Assembly (NCBI GenBank): GCA_963676835.2
Contig: CAXXFF010000002.1
Location: forward strand, 352,001-416,000
Direction: 5' to 3'
DNA: 64,000 nt
Origin: Marispirochaeta sp.
GTDB taxonomy: Bacteria > Spirochaetota > Spirochaetia > JC444 > Marispirochaetaceae
The first letter of the stretch is position 1. Each line of letters opens with the position of its first letter. The position numbers and the translations under genes were made by a program. The notes beneath the pieces are model-generated. The model had not been told where the DNA came from. It worked only from the letters and a program-made list of their open reading frames with translations, and did no database searches. This document shows positions 9,665 to 19,444 of the stretch, one piece after another.

Positions 9665-11599
9665 TTAGCCGAGCTTGTCTACAGGAACAACTGCACCGAA
9701 CTTCTCTTTAAGAGCGTTGAGTTCAGCTTTCTGCTGTTCGTAAACCTTGAAGAGCTGGGGAGGAAGGTTGGTTTCCTTGCTGTATGCTTCTTCCTGGATT
9801 GCAATTCTCTTGAGGATGTTGTCCACATAGAGTGCAAACTGCATGTCGTAGAGACTCTTGGGGTACTCTTTGCTGATTCCGTCGAAAAGTTTCTTGAGGT
9901 CCTCATATTTGGGGATAAATCCAATGGGAGTCTCAATAGCTTCAACGTCACCGTTTGCATAAAGCTCAAGCCAGCCGAGCCATACCTTTACGTCTTTCTT
10001 CTCACCGAGAAGACCCTTTCCGGAGCTTCCGCGGTTCTCATGGGTAAGGAAGTAGTTAAGACCTGCCATGATGGGCATGCTCTTGATTTTACCGGAGTTG
10101 AAGAACTTGAACTGTGCATCCATGTAGTCGGAAAGTGCACCGGGTACGAAGGGGGCATTTGCCCAGGGCTGACGGTTAACACCGGTAGCTCCAACCTCGG
10201 TAGCAGTTGCCTTGGAAACTACGGAAGCTCCGATGGCAACACCGGCGTCAGCGCTCTTGGCAACCCAAACGGGAACCATGGTGTCCGCATCACGTCCGGA
10301 GTAGGTAATAACCTGAAGGTGGACACCGTTGGGATCTTCAGCATCTTTCGCATTGTAGTTGTCAATGGCAGTACAAGCGAGGGTACAGCGGCTGTTGGGG
10401 TGCGACATGGGAACATCCTTCATTGCAGGAGTCCATTCGCCCTGAAAGTTGGTTCCCTTTGCAGGAATCTCTTCACCATCACCGATCCAGCGGGGTTTCT
10501 TGTTCTCGTCGATAAGAACGTTGGAGAAGATAACAGTAGTACCTTCGTTGCGGAGACGTTTCATGAGGTAGGGGTCGCCCTCTTCATTTACATCTTCTAC
10601 AATTCCGAAGATACCTGCTTCAGGGTTGATTCCCCGAACAGTTCCGTCATCTGCAATCCAGATCTGTGCAAGGTCGTCACCGATGAAGTCGGTACCAACC
10701 ATTGCGGTGGTAGTCTTTCCACAACCGGAGGGTGCAGCACCTGCGAAGTAGGTCTTACGTCCGCCAGGGCCGGTCATACCGGTAATAAACATGTGCTCGG
10801 AAAGCTCTTCCTCAACCTTGTAGTAGGTTGCCCGGTCTACCGCGAAACGGTGATTACCCTTCTTGAGAAGCAGGGTGTTACCGGCATAGGTACAGTAGGT
10901 TGAGTAACAGGTCTGCCAGGAGCGGTCCATGTAGATCCGTGCATTGGGCACGTCTTCGGGCCGGTTGGGTCCCTGGCTGTGTACGTTGGTAAGGAAAGTT
11001 CCCGCACGTTCTGCTTCTGCGTCGAAGTCAGAGAAAACGTTACGGTAAAGAAGATCACCACTGGTCTGTACATAGGTGGAAGAGGTGATCATAAGAGCAG
11101 GAAGAGAAGCCTTTGCACCGACAGGTCCGCGGTTCAGGAAGGAAACGTACATGGTAAGTCCCTTCATGATTCCCTTCATCTCTTTTTTGATGTACGCGTG
11201 AGACTCAGAGCGGAGCTCTTTTTTAGCCAGTGCGCTGATGTCTTCGTCTTCGTTTACGATGTAGAAAGTCTGCTTTACCAGACGTCCCTGATCCTGGGGA
11301 AGGTCAAAGTGGATAGTGTGATCTTTGATTGCCAGGGGTGCTTCTTCACCGGTTTCAATACTCTTCTGCTTTACATAAGCAGCATCTGCAGCGGAATCAT
11401 CGATAATGAAAACACTGTCGGGCTCACACATGGAAATTGCGTTAGCAATCTTCAGCAGGGCCTCTTCGTTCTTGATTTTGTTGATTTTTGCCAGGTTGGC
11501 TGCATCAAGGTTGGATTCAAATACCTTGCGGGCTTCGTCAATAGACTTTACACCGCCGACGTCTGAAAGGATATCTACCCCTTTCTTCATCTCTAACAT
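9665..11599 (-). CDS. pckG: Phosphoenolpyruvate carboxykinase (GTP)
   Basis: YAGN..LKK, LSEHM, kinase-1a GAAPSGCGKTTTAM, IGDDLA, INPEAGIFG, SHPNSR. Confidence 0.93.
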   Translation of the reverse strand: MLEMKKGVDILSDVGGVKSIDEARKVFESNLDAANLAKINKIKNEEALLKIANAISMCEPDSVFIIDDSAADAAYVKQKSIETGEEAPLAIKDHTIHFDLPQDQGRLVKQTFYIVNEDEDISALAKKELRSESHAYIKKEMKGIMKGLTMYVSFLNRGPVGAKASLPALMITSSTYVQTSGDLLYRNVFSDFDAEAERAGTFLTNVHSQGPNRPEDVPNARIYMDRSWQTCYSTYCTYAGNTLLLKKGNHRFAVDRATYYKVEEELSEHMFITGMTGPGGRKTYFAGAAPSGCGKTTTAMVGTDFIGDDLAQIWIADDGTVRGINPEAGIFGIVEDVNEEGDPYLMKRLRNEGTTVIFSNVLIDENKKPRWIGDGEEIPAKGTNFQGEWTPAMKDVPMSHPNSRCTLACTAIDNYNAKDAEDPNGVHLQVITYSGRDADTMVPVWVAKSADAGVAIGASVVSKATATEVGATGVNRQPWANAPFVPGALSDYMDAQFKFFNSGKIKSMPIMAGLNYFLTHENRGSSGKGLLGEKKDVKVWLGWLELYANGDVEAIETPIGFIPKYEDLKKLFDGISKEYPKSLYDMQFALYVDNILKRIAIQEEAYSKETNLPPQLFKVYEQQKAELNALKEKFGAVVPVDKLG

Positions 11600-11735
11600 G
11601 ATAAGCTCCTTCCGTTCTTTGTAGGAAATTATATTGGCGTAATCCGGCGTCCCACACCGGAACTACATACATGATACGGGCTATATGATAGTGAATTTTA
11701 AGGGGCAGGGTCAAGATCAACCCCCATTTCAGCTA

Positions 11736-12764
11736 TTATTTCCGACCCTTATACTTATATACATCCTTTACGGACCTGGATATCTGCTTCCATTTCTTCA
11801 GTTCTTCCTGCCTTGCCTGATAATCCGTACGTCTCTCCAGATATTTCAGCTCTTTCCGCAGTTCCAGATAGGCTTCATAGCGGTCTGCAGCAATGGCCCC
11901 CTCTTCCACCGCCTTCAGAACCGCACATCCCGGTTCCGAGATATGGGTGCAGTCCCGAAACCGGCAGTCACCGGCAAAGCTGTCAATCTCACTGAATACC
12001 GTATTGAGAGAATCTTCTCCGCCCCAGAGCTGCAGCTCCCGAAGGCCCGGGGTATCAATCAGAAAACCTCCGGAAGGGAGTGCCACCAGATTACGGGAGG
12101 TTGATGTATGCCTTCCCCGCCGGTCCTGATCCCTCTGAGCTCCCGTATCGAGCAGTTCACTTCCGGCCAGGGCATTTATAAGGGAGGATTTGCCCACTCC
12201 GGAAGGGCCGACAAGCACCGCTGTTGTATCTGCAGTGACCGCTCTCTGCAGCTCAGAAATTCCATCCCCGGTTAAGGTGCTGGTAAGAATCAGCTTTACA
12301 CCGGGGGCGGCTTCTTCTGCTTCAACAAGCACAGTCGCCAGATCTGAACAGAGGTCAAGCTTATTAAGGATCAGAACAGGTTCAGCTCCGCTTTCCACTG
12401 CCAGAGTAAGATAGCGTTCAATACCCCTGCGGGTAAAATTGCGCCCTCCGTCCAGGCCGGCAACAATGCCGACAATATCAACATTGGCTGCAAGAATCTG
12501 TTCTTCGCTCTTTTCCCCGGCGCTCTTTCGGCTTATGGCACTTTTCCGGGGTAGAATCTCATCTATCACTTCCCCCTCATCACGCAGCCGGACCCAGTCT
12601 CCCACTACGGGAAAATCCGACTTCTTCTCCGCGCTATGGCGAAACGATCCGGAAACAGAACAGGTAATATCCTGTTCACCGATACGAACTCTGTAAATAT
12701 GGGTACCTTCTCCGGTAACCCGGCCGATACGGCTGTTTTCACTGTTATTGTGTATATCTGACAT
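11736..12764 (-). CDS. rsgA: Ribosome small subunit-dependent GTPase A (circularly permuted GTPase) with C-terminal helical extension
   Basis: PVVGDWV, LNKLDL, GPSGVGKSSLIN, RGRHTS, DTPGLRE, zinc finger CRFRDCTH..EPGC. Confidence 0.93.
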   Translation of the reverse strand: MSDIHNNSENSRIGRVTGEGTHIYRVRIGEQDITCSVSGSFRHSAEKKSDFPVVGDWVRLRDEGEVIDEILPRKSAISRKSAGEKSEEQILAANVDIVGIVAGLDGGRNFTRRGIERYLTLAVESGAEPVLILNKLDLCSDLATVLVEAEEAAPGVKLILTSTLTGDGISELQRAVTADTTAVLVGPSGVGKSSLINALAGSELLDTGAQRDQDRRGRHTSTSRNLVALPSGGFLIDTPGLRELQLWGGEDSLNTVFSEIDSFAGDCRFRDCTHISEPGCAVLKAVEEGAIAADRYEAYLELRKELKYLERRTDYQARQEELKKWKQISRSVKDVYKYKGRK

Positions 12765-12946
12765 AGTATTTCCTCACAGCCGGCGGAAATCCCGCAGCTG
12801 CAGTATGGACCTATCTGTACGGCGCAATTTTGTTCGTTATTTGCGGTACAGCCATTGAGATGTTGTATTTACGGATAGGGTGTTCCCGGAAAGAAAAGTC
12901 AGGAAAAGGAGAAAATTTTTAAATTGTGATCCCACGTTCCTGGGTA

Positions 12947-12982
12947 TCAGCCGGGGAAAGACCCTCGAATAACTGCAATCAT
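12947..12982 (-). CDS. Putative leader peptide MIAVIRGSFPG upstream of rsgA
   Basis: GGGAGGT-7nt-ATG ATT GCA GTT ATT CGA GGG TCT TTC CCC GGC TGA; lies between a promoter and rsgA. Confidence 0.65.
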   Translation of the reverse strand: MIAVIRGSFPG

Positions 12983-13045
12983 CAAAACTACCTCCCGAAA
13001 AGAGATTGGATCAGATTCAGTATGAATCCTTGTTATCCTGAGCAT

Positions 13046-13075
13046 ATCCTACATCCTGCTGTCCAGAACCGTCAA
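13046..13075 (-). promoter_or_regulatory. Putative promoter of the rsgA leader transcript
   Basis: TTGACG(13075-13070)-18-TAGGAT(13051-13046). Confidence 0.55.
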
Positions 13076-13133
13076 GTAATTGTCTGTTTCTATCTAAAGA
13101 TGAATAAAACAGATGATAACTCGATAAAGCCTT

Positions 13134-13865
13134 TCAGGATTTATACTGAATACTGCAGGCGAAGGATTCACTGCCGTCGGACAGTATTCCCCGCACGGTT
13201 GTAGATCCCTCAGCATCGCTCCGCTGAAGCAGTACCCGGTCATTCCAGGCGGCAGATTTCGCGTAGCTCACAGCAAACCCGGAAGGTTCCACCCGGTTGA
13301 TCTCCTCCGGAGCATAACAGTCGGTTGCCCAGCGGAGGTAACGTATATTGTTTACATGTCCCTGCTGATCAAGATCCGAATAGCGGGCGGTAACCTCGAG
13401 TTCAGAGCGGATATCTCCTGAAGGAGGAATTTTCCCGGCGGTTCCGGGGATCGCTTCTCCGGCAGCAGAGAAATCAAACTTTTCAAACACCGCTTGCGGC
13501 CGAACGGGTCGGAGGGAACTGGTGTCGAGCAGCATCCAGCCGCTGGTGGCTCTGACTATTTCAGCCCCGCTGCTGTCGAGAATACGGTAATCCCTTCTGG
13601 CCAGTGGGCCCTGGGGGACCTTCGGCCAGGTTTCGACAACAATACTTTCCCGGTGTCCGGGAAGGCGGACGATCTCGGTCTGCAGCCGGGAAAGAACCCA
13701 CATACGGCCTTCTTCGCGGCAGTAGCTTTCACCGAAACCGTGGACCTCCGCCTGAAGAAGGGCCGCCTCCTGAAAGAGGGCGGAAATCGCCGGCAGGGTC
13801 ATAAGGCCGCGGATACCGGTTTCACTGTAGATAACGGTATGGTTGAAGGAATACTGCAGATCCAT
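13134..13865 (-). CDS. Acyl-ACP thioesterase (double hot-dog)
   Basis: WVLSRL, ETWP, RYSDLDQQGHVNNIRYLRW; GGAGG SD. Confidence 0.9.
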   Translation of the reverse strand: MDLQYSFNHTVIYSETGIRGLMTLPAISALFQEAALLQAEVHGFGESYCREEGRMWVLSRLQTEIVRLPGHRESIVVETWPKVPQGPLARRDYRILDSSGAEIVRATSGWMLLDTSSLRPVRPQAVFEKFDFSAAGEAIPGTAGKIPPSGDIRSELEVTARYSDLDQQGHVNNIRYLRWATDCYAPEEINRVEPSGFAVSYAKSAAWNDRVLLQRSDAEGSTTVRGILSDGSESFACSIQYKS

Positions 13866-14039
13866 AAACTGCCTCCGGAACTTCGGTAAATCTGGATTAT
13901 GATTCGGTCTATCCTAAAATCATTCACCTTCCTATGGCAAGAGTATGACACGAGCATAGGCACACATGCAGCATGGGCATAAAAAGAGAATTACATGGGT
14001 TTGACAAAAGCATGATATTATATCCAAAGGAGGATGTTT

Positions 14040-14516
14040 ATGGAAAAAGTAGAGGATTGCAAATACTGTGCAAACGATGAACGGGTATCATCGATCATGA
14101 TAAAAGTGCGGGACCTGAACGTATCAACACTGCATCTGTTCAAAGAGCAGACCTACCGGGGACGCTGTATTCTTGTCTTCCGGGGGCATAAAACCGAATT
14201 GTTTCAGCTTGGGCCGGAAGAACGGACAGGATTTATGAACGACCTTGCCGAGGCGGCCGGAGCCATTTCCAGGGCTTTTTCTCCGGATAAAATAAACTAT
14301 GCCCTTTTCGGCGACACCGTGCCTCACATGCATGTACATCTGGTACCGAAATATGCAGGAAAAGATCAGTGGGGCACCGTTTTTACCATGCAGCCCGAAC
14401 CGGGGAGCTATCTGTCCGAGGCGGAATATACTACAATGATATCCGACCTGAACAGGGAGCTTGCAGCATATGGACAAACCGCTAAAAACCCTGCTGGAAA
14501 CAATAGGCAGCAGTAA
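14040..14516 (+). CDS. HIT family hydrolase
   Basis: CxxC near N-terminus; KINYALFGDTVPHMHVHL (HxHxH). AGGAGG SD favours ATG 14040. Confidence 0.88.
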   Translation: MEKVEDCKYCANDERVSSIMIKVRDLNVSTLHLFKEQTYRGRCILVFRGHKTELFQLGPEERTGFMNDLAEAAGAISRAFSPDKINYALFGDTVPHMHVHLVPKYAGKDQWGTVFTMQPEPGSYLSEAEYTTMISDLNRELAAYGQTAKNPAGNNRQQ

Positions 14517-15426
14517 AACAGTTTACATTCAAAGCCACGACTTTCCCGATCACGATTCCATCGCTTCGGCATATGGACTTTCGGTACTGCTGAAATTTTT
14601 CAGTATCCATACCGGGCTGGTCTATGAAGGAACTGTACAGAGGGACTCCCTCAAACTCCTGATGGAAGAGCTTAAAATTCCCATGCTGCATGTGTCCGAA
14701 CACGATCTTACCGAAAGCGACCAGATTCTTATTGTAGATGGCTGTAAAGGCAACAAAAACGTTACAGACCTGGTGGGAACAGAAATCGGTGTGATAGACC
14801 ATCATAATGTACAGCATCCGGAGGACGTACCCTTTGGAGATATCCGGCCCGACTACGGTGCCTGCAGCACCATCATCTGTGAATACTTCCGCGAAGCGGA
14901 TATCGAAATACCCGGCAGTGTTGCTACCGCCCTTATGGTAGGCCTGCTGGTTGATACAGCCCAGCTTACCCGGGGCGTTTCCCAGGCTGACGTGGATGCC
15001 CACAGCTGGCTCTACCGCATCTGCGATACCGCCTTTGTAAATGCCCTGCTGCGCAATAACATCCAGCAGAAAGACCTTGCCTTCTACCGTCAGGCCCTGG
15101 AGAGAGTTCAGATTGAACAAGCAATCGCCTACTGCTGGTTTCCCGAAGGGTGCAAACAGAATCTGATGGGGATCATCGGGGACTTTTTCCTCTCATTGAA
15201 AGAGGTGGAATTCGTCTGTCTTGCAGCAAAAAACGGCAACCGGGTCAACTTTTCCCTGCGCAGTGAAAACCGGCAGTGGAATGCCGCGGCGGTCATCAAG
15301 GAACTGCTCCGGGGGATCGGCTTCGGCGGCGGCCATACCGATATGGCCGGAGGAATAGTACAGGATCCCTCAAAATTCAATCCCGACAAGGTGCTGCCCT
15401 TTCTGCTGGAGCTGCTCTCCCCCTGA
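14470..15426 (+). CDS. DHH/DHHA1 family phosphoesterase
   Basis: HDFPDHDS, IVD, IDHH, DT, SLRS, GGGH..AGG; start at ATG 14470. Confidence 0.9.
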   Translation: MDKPLKTLLETIGSSKTVYIQSHDFPDHDSIASAYGLSVLLKFFSIHTGLVYEGTVQRDSLKLLMEELKIPMLHVSEHDLTESDQILIVDGCKGNKNVTDLVGTEIGVIDHHNVQHPEDVPFGDIRPDYGACSTIICEYFREADIEIPGSVATALMVGLLVDTAQLTRGVSQADVDAHSWLYRICDTAFVNALLRNNIQQKDLAFYRQALERVQIEQAIAYCWFPEGCKQNLMGIIGDFFLSLKEVEFVCLAAKNGNRVNFSLRSENRQWNAAAVIKELLRGIGFGGGHTDMAGGIVQDPSKFNPDKVLPFLLELLSP

Positions 15427-15471
15427 TACGGGTAGACCGGCAGATCTTTCTTCCGTATCTTTTTTACCAGT

Positions 15472-17031
15472 ATGGCTGAACACCTTATTTACAATGCACA
15501 CATTCTTAAAGTTTCTTCAGATGATACCGCAGAGGCTGTAGCCTTTAAAGACGGCTGCATCACTTTTGTCGGGACAAGCGCGGAAGGACTTTCCCGGGAT
15601 ATCCCCCCACAGAACCGTGTGAACCTCAATGGCGCCGTGCTTATTCCCGGATTCAACGACAACCATCTGCACCTCCATTCAACCGCCGACATTCTTACCC
15701 GGCCTCAGCTCCACGGCCTGAGCCGCACTCAGATTATTGAACTGTTAAAAGAGCAATACAGGGAGATCACTCCAGGACAGGTGATCAGCGGAATGGGCTG
15801 GGACTACCCGGATTGCCCGGACCCAGATAAGTCATTGCTGGATAAGGAGTTTCCGAATCATCCTGTTGTGCTATTTCAGTTTTCCGGCCATGGGGCATGG
15901 GTAAACAGCAGAATGCTGAAACTAATGGGCATTACCTCCTCCACCCCGAATCCTGCGGGTGGAGAGATCGTAAGAGACGGGAGCGGCAACCCAACGGGTA
16001 TCCTGAAAGATGAGGCAGTTACTCCCCTACACAACCTCCGGCTCAAGGAGATACGCAGGCGGAAGGATCTGCGGCGGCAGCTTTTCGATACCGCCCAGGA
16101 TTTTCTGGTAAAAACCGGCATAACCTCTATCCAGGACAACACCTGGCACCCGGCAACAGCCCGGGATATGGCTGCCATGGTTCCATATGATGACCTTAAA
16201 ATGCGTATCAACTGCTGGGCCTACGGCAGTATATTCCGCTGGAATATGGGTATGCGGATGATTCCTTTTTCTGGAGAGTGGGTCCGCAGAGGGCCGGTTA
16301 AATACTTTCTCGACGGCACCTTTTCCACCAGGACCGCCTGGCTCAAGGAGGAATACGCAGACCAGCCGGGTAATTTCGGCACCCCATCATACAAAGCCGC
16401 GGACATTGAAAGGTTTCTGCGGACTAATACAAAAAAGGGCCGGCAGACCGCGTATCATGTTATCGGCGACCAGGCCCTTCATGCTCTTGCCTCAGCGGCC
16501 GAGAAAGTACAAAAAGAGTATCCTGACCTGGTAAAACTCCGCATAAGGGCTGAACATTCCCAGCTTATCGACAGGAAGGACCTGACTCTTATGCAGAAAA
16601 CAGGCATGCTGGCATCCGCCCAGCCTCATGCAATGTGGAACTTCGCTAAAGACAGAGCATTACTAGGAGAAGAGAGAGCTGCCGGAGCATATCCCTACCG
16701 CTCTCTTCTGGATGCAGGCATACCCCTCTCTTTCGGTTCGGATGTACCGGGAGAAGCAACCTACGCACCCCTGTACGGAATCCATCTTGCAGTTAGCCGT
16801 GAATCTCCGGAAGCAATTACTCCCCTGGAAGCACTGCGGGCCTATACCCTGGGATCAGCCTATGCGGAGTTTATGGAAGATAAAAAGGGGAGTATTGATG
16901 TGGGGAAACTTGCAGATTTCACCATTCTTGCAGAGGATCCGACCAGTATTAACCCGGCAAAAATCCGGGACATAGAAGTGCTGGGAACCTACGTGGGCGG
17001 CAGGCAGGTATACTCAGCCGATAAAGCTTAG
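15472..17031 (+). CDS. Amidohydrolase (YtcJ-like, Amidohydro_3)
   Basis: PGFNDNHLH, KYFLDG, HVIGD, RAEHSQ, FGSD, GKLADFTIL. Confidence 0.9.
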   Translation: MAEHLIYNAHILKVSSDDTAEAVAFKDGCITFVGTSAEGLSRDIPPQNRVNLNGAVLIPGFNDNHLHLHSTADILTRPQLHGLSRTQIIELLKEQYREITPGQVISGMGWDYPDCPDPDKSLLDKEFPNHPVVLFQFSGHGAWVNSRMLKLMGITSSTPNPAGGEIVRDGSGNPTGILKDEAVTPLHNLRLKEIRRRKDLRRQLFDTAQDFLVKTGITSIQDNTWHPATARDMAAMVPYDDLKMRINCWAYGSIFRWNMGMRMIPFSGEWVRRGPVKYFLDGTFSTRTAWLKEEYADQPGNFGTPSYKAADIERFLRTNTKKGRQTAYHVIGDQALHALASAAEKVQKEYPDLVKLRIRAEHSQLIDRKDLTLMQKTGMLASAQPHAMWNFAKDRALLGEERAAGAYPYRSLLDAGIPLSFGSDVPGEATYAPLYGIHLAVSRESPEAITPLEALRAYTLGSAYAEFMEDKKGSIDVGKLADFTILAEDPTSINPAKIRDIEVLGTYVGGRQVYSADKA

Positions 17032-18102
17032 CACTTCGGCAACAACTCTGTTCTTTCCCGACCTTTTCCCTTCATACAGAAATCTGTCAGCCCTGGCAAT
17101 CAGAGAGGAATCATCCTCTCCGGGTTGAAACTCAGCCACGCCTATGGTGGTACTTACGGTAACGCTCTGGCCCTGGTACTCAACAGGGCTCTCGCATATA
17201 TTCTGCCGCAGGCGCTCCGCAACCTCCGCTGCTTCTTCCATCCCCGTTCTGGGAAGCACCAGAAGAAACTCTTCTCCGCCCCAGCGACCCATGGCATCGG
17301 ATTTCCGTAAAACAGTTGCGGAACGTCTGCAGACCTCGCGCAAAACCGCATCTCCGCAATCGTGGCCGTAATTGTCGTTTACCGCCTTGAAATCATCCAG
17401 ATCGGCCAGGGCGACACTGAACCGGCCTCCGGAAAGTTCGGCAGATCGTTTTACCTCTATCAGCATGTCATGAATTGCCCTTCTGTTGGCGGTTCCGGTT
17501 ACCTCATCGGTATTGGCCAGACGCATCAGTCTTGCCTGGGCACGGGAAAGACCATGTTCGACAAATATAAGTGCCCGCCGATACCGTGCCAGACTCACAC
17601 CGATAGCACTGAAGGCCGTCAGCAGGTTAAGGTCGCTGATAAAGCTGACAACAGAAAAGGAAAGGAAATATACAGGTTCAGCATAGAGCAGCAGATGGCG
17701 AAGAGCAAAATAGCAAACAAGAATACATCCATCAATTATCAGGGTAGTTCTGTCGGACACACGGGCAGATGCCGGAACCAGCACACATCCAGCCAGAAGA
17801 TAATAATGGGCTCCCAGTGACCATCCCAGAAGAAAGTCGCACAGCACAGCAATCATGGTGATACTTAACAGGGCAAGGGGCATGGCGATACGGAGCATTT
17901 GCCGTTTAACCAGAACAAGGGAAATATAGAAAAGCAGTGCAGCAAAGGCGCATACCCCGGCAACAACCGGAACACCGAGAATAAGGTAGAGCAGAGTAAA
18001 CAAGAGAGATCCACCGAAACTGAAGGTATATGCTGTTGTCTGAAAGACCTTTAGAGGACGGCCTTCACTTTTAATCTTATTTTTCTGCTTACTTTTTTGC
18101 AT
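17014..18102 (-). CDS. Membrane-anchored diguanylate cyclase
   Basis: About 6 TM segments; DLDDFKAVNDNYGHDCGD; RKSD I-site; RWGGEEF. Start may be ATG 18102 or GTG 18117. Confidence 0.9.
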   Translation of the reverse strand: MQKSKQKNKIKSEGRPLKVFQTTAYTFSFGGSLLFTLLYLILGVPVVAGVCAFAALLFYISLVLVKRQMLRIAMPLALLSITMIAVLCDFLLGWSLGAHYYLLAGCVLVPASARVSDRTTLIIDGCILVCYFALRHLLLYAEPVYFLSFSVVSFISDLNLLTAFSAIGVSLARYRRALIFVEHGLSRAQARLMRLANTDEVTGTANRRAIHDMLIEVKRSAELSGGRFSVALADLDDFKAVNDNYGHDCGDAVLREVCRRSATVLRKSDAMGRWGGEEFLLVLPRTGMEEAAEVAERLRQNICESPVEYQGQSVTVSTTIGVAEFQPGEDDSSLIARADRFLYEGKRSGKNRVVAEVLSFIG

Positions 18103-18160
18103 AGATGACAGTATCACCTATTTTATGAAATTATTCAAATAATCTTTTTCGTCACCCGCC

Positions 18161-19207
18161 TCATGAGGCCACTACCATATTCTTGCCTGAGCGTTTACCT
18201 TTATAGAGAAGCTTATCAGCCCTGGCGATAAGGGTATCATCCGAGTCCTCCGGTAAAAACACAGAAAGGCCTATGGTTATGCTTATCTGTATCTCTGAAC
18301 CCTTAAAAGAGACCGGCACATCACAGACTGCACGCCGAAGACGTTCGGTAATCTCGTTAACCTCACTATATCCGGCCCCGGGAAGGAGAATCAGAAACTC
18401 TTCTCCACCCCAGCGCCCGATTGAATCGGATTTTCGCAATACTGAACCGAATCGCTGACACACTTCACGCAGGACAGCATCTCCACATTCATGCCCCCAG
18501 GTGTCATTTACATCCTTGAAATTATCCAGATCGGCAAGGGCCACAACAAGGTCACTCCCGGTATCGATTGATTTCTTCATTTCGGCAAGCAGCTGCTCAT
18601 GGACCGCCCGCCTGGAGGATATCCCGGTTACCGTATCCGTATTGGCTATATCAAGAATTCGCTGATTGGCCTGCGTCAGCCCATCCTGCGCCCGTAGGAG
18701 AGCACCCCGATAACGGTAGAGGGTTACGCCGATAGCACTATATGCAGTCAGAAGATTGACATCCCGGACAGCAAGATAAACATTACGCGGAAGATAAAGA
18801 GTCGGAATATGCCGTATAAGAAAAGCGCGAATTACAAGAAACACCAGAAAAAGAACTATAACAAGCACCAGTATCTGCTTCTTTCGCAGCCGGGTTGAGG
18901 CAGGTATAAGCATACAACCGGTAACCAGATAGTAATGTGCCCCGTATGACCAGCCCAGATAATAACCGATCAAGACTGCCATCACAAGCAGAGCGGTAAA
19001 TGCAAGGGTAAGGGCAATACCGATATGGTTTTTTCTCACCTGCAGATAGGACAGGAGAAAAAGTATAGCATTTGCCCCACAAACCTCAGCAACCTCTTCC
19101 ACACCGAGAAACAGATACATAACGACAAACAAAGAGGACCCGATAAAGGAGTAGAGATAGATACTGGTAAGGAAAACCTTGAAGGGCTGGCTGTTCTGAC
19201 CGGTCAT
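18161..19207 (-). CDS. Membrane-anchored diguanylate cyclase (paralog of adjacent gene)
   Basis: TM N-terminus; DLDNFKDVNDTWGHECGD; RKSD; RWGGEEF. Confidence 0.9.
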   Translation of the reverse strand: MTGQNSQPFKVFLTSIYLYSFIGSSLFVVMYLFLGVEEVAEVCGANAILFLLSYLQVRKNHIGIALTLAFTALLVMAVLIGYYLGWSYGAHYYLVTGCMLIPASTRLRKKQILVLVIVLFLVFLVIRAFLIRHIPTLYLPRNVYLAVRDVNLLTAYSAIGVTLYRYRGALLRAQDGLTQANQRILDIANTDTVTGISSRRAVHEQLLAEMKKSIDTGSDLVVALADLDNFKDVNDTWGHECGDAVLREVCQRFGSVLRKSDSIGRWGGEEFLILLPGAGYSEVNEITERLRRAVCDVPVSFKGSEIQISITIGLSVFLPEDSDDTLIARADKLLYKGKRSGKNMVVAS

Positions 19208-19375
19208 TTCGCTTAATTATTACGTTTTGGCAAAAAAAGAGCAATCGAATCGGCGCAGAAAAACTCTTTCACGAAAAATAGAGAAAACGGCAATGGTGCG
19301 TATCTGAAACTCGGCGTCCGTTATGTCTTTCTCAGCGAAAACTTTTAGCCCGATGGGGCTCCCCCGGATGCTGCA

Positions 19376-19406
19376 ATAAAAAAGACCGCCCCTTTCGGAG
19401 CGGTCT
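19376..19406 (-). terminator. Intrinsic terminator of oadGAB
   Basis: agaccgctcc-gaaa-ggggcggtct followed by a T run. Confidence 0.85.
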
Positions 19407-19444
19407 GATTAACTTATCTGAAAGTCTAAAGAGAAAGACAGCTG

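Noticed and set aside
12812..12856. Second small ORF (MAVPQITNKIAPYR) in the rsgA leader
   Set aside because: No SD; the sequence is better explained as helix-forming segments.
19240..19375. Intergenic stretch upstream of the GGDEF genes considered as a c-di-GMP or fluoride riboswitch, plus a GG-N10-GC at 19229-19242
   Set aside because: No GGCAAA..GAAA..GACGCAAA pattern, the ggcaatggtg start has no closing stem, and the sigma54-like site lacks TTGC and points at no gene.
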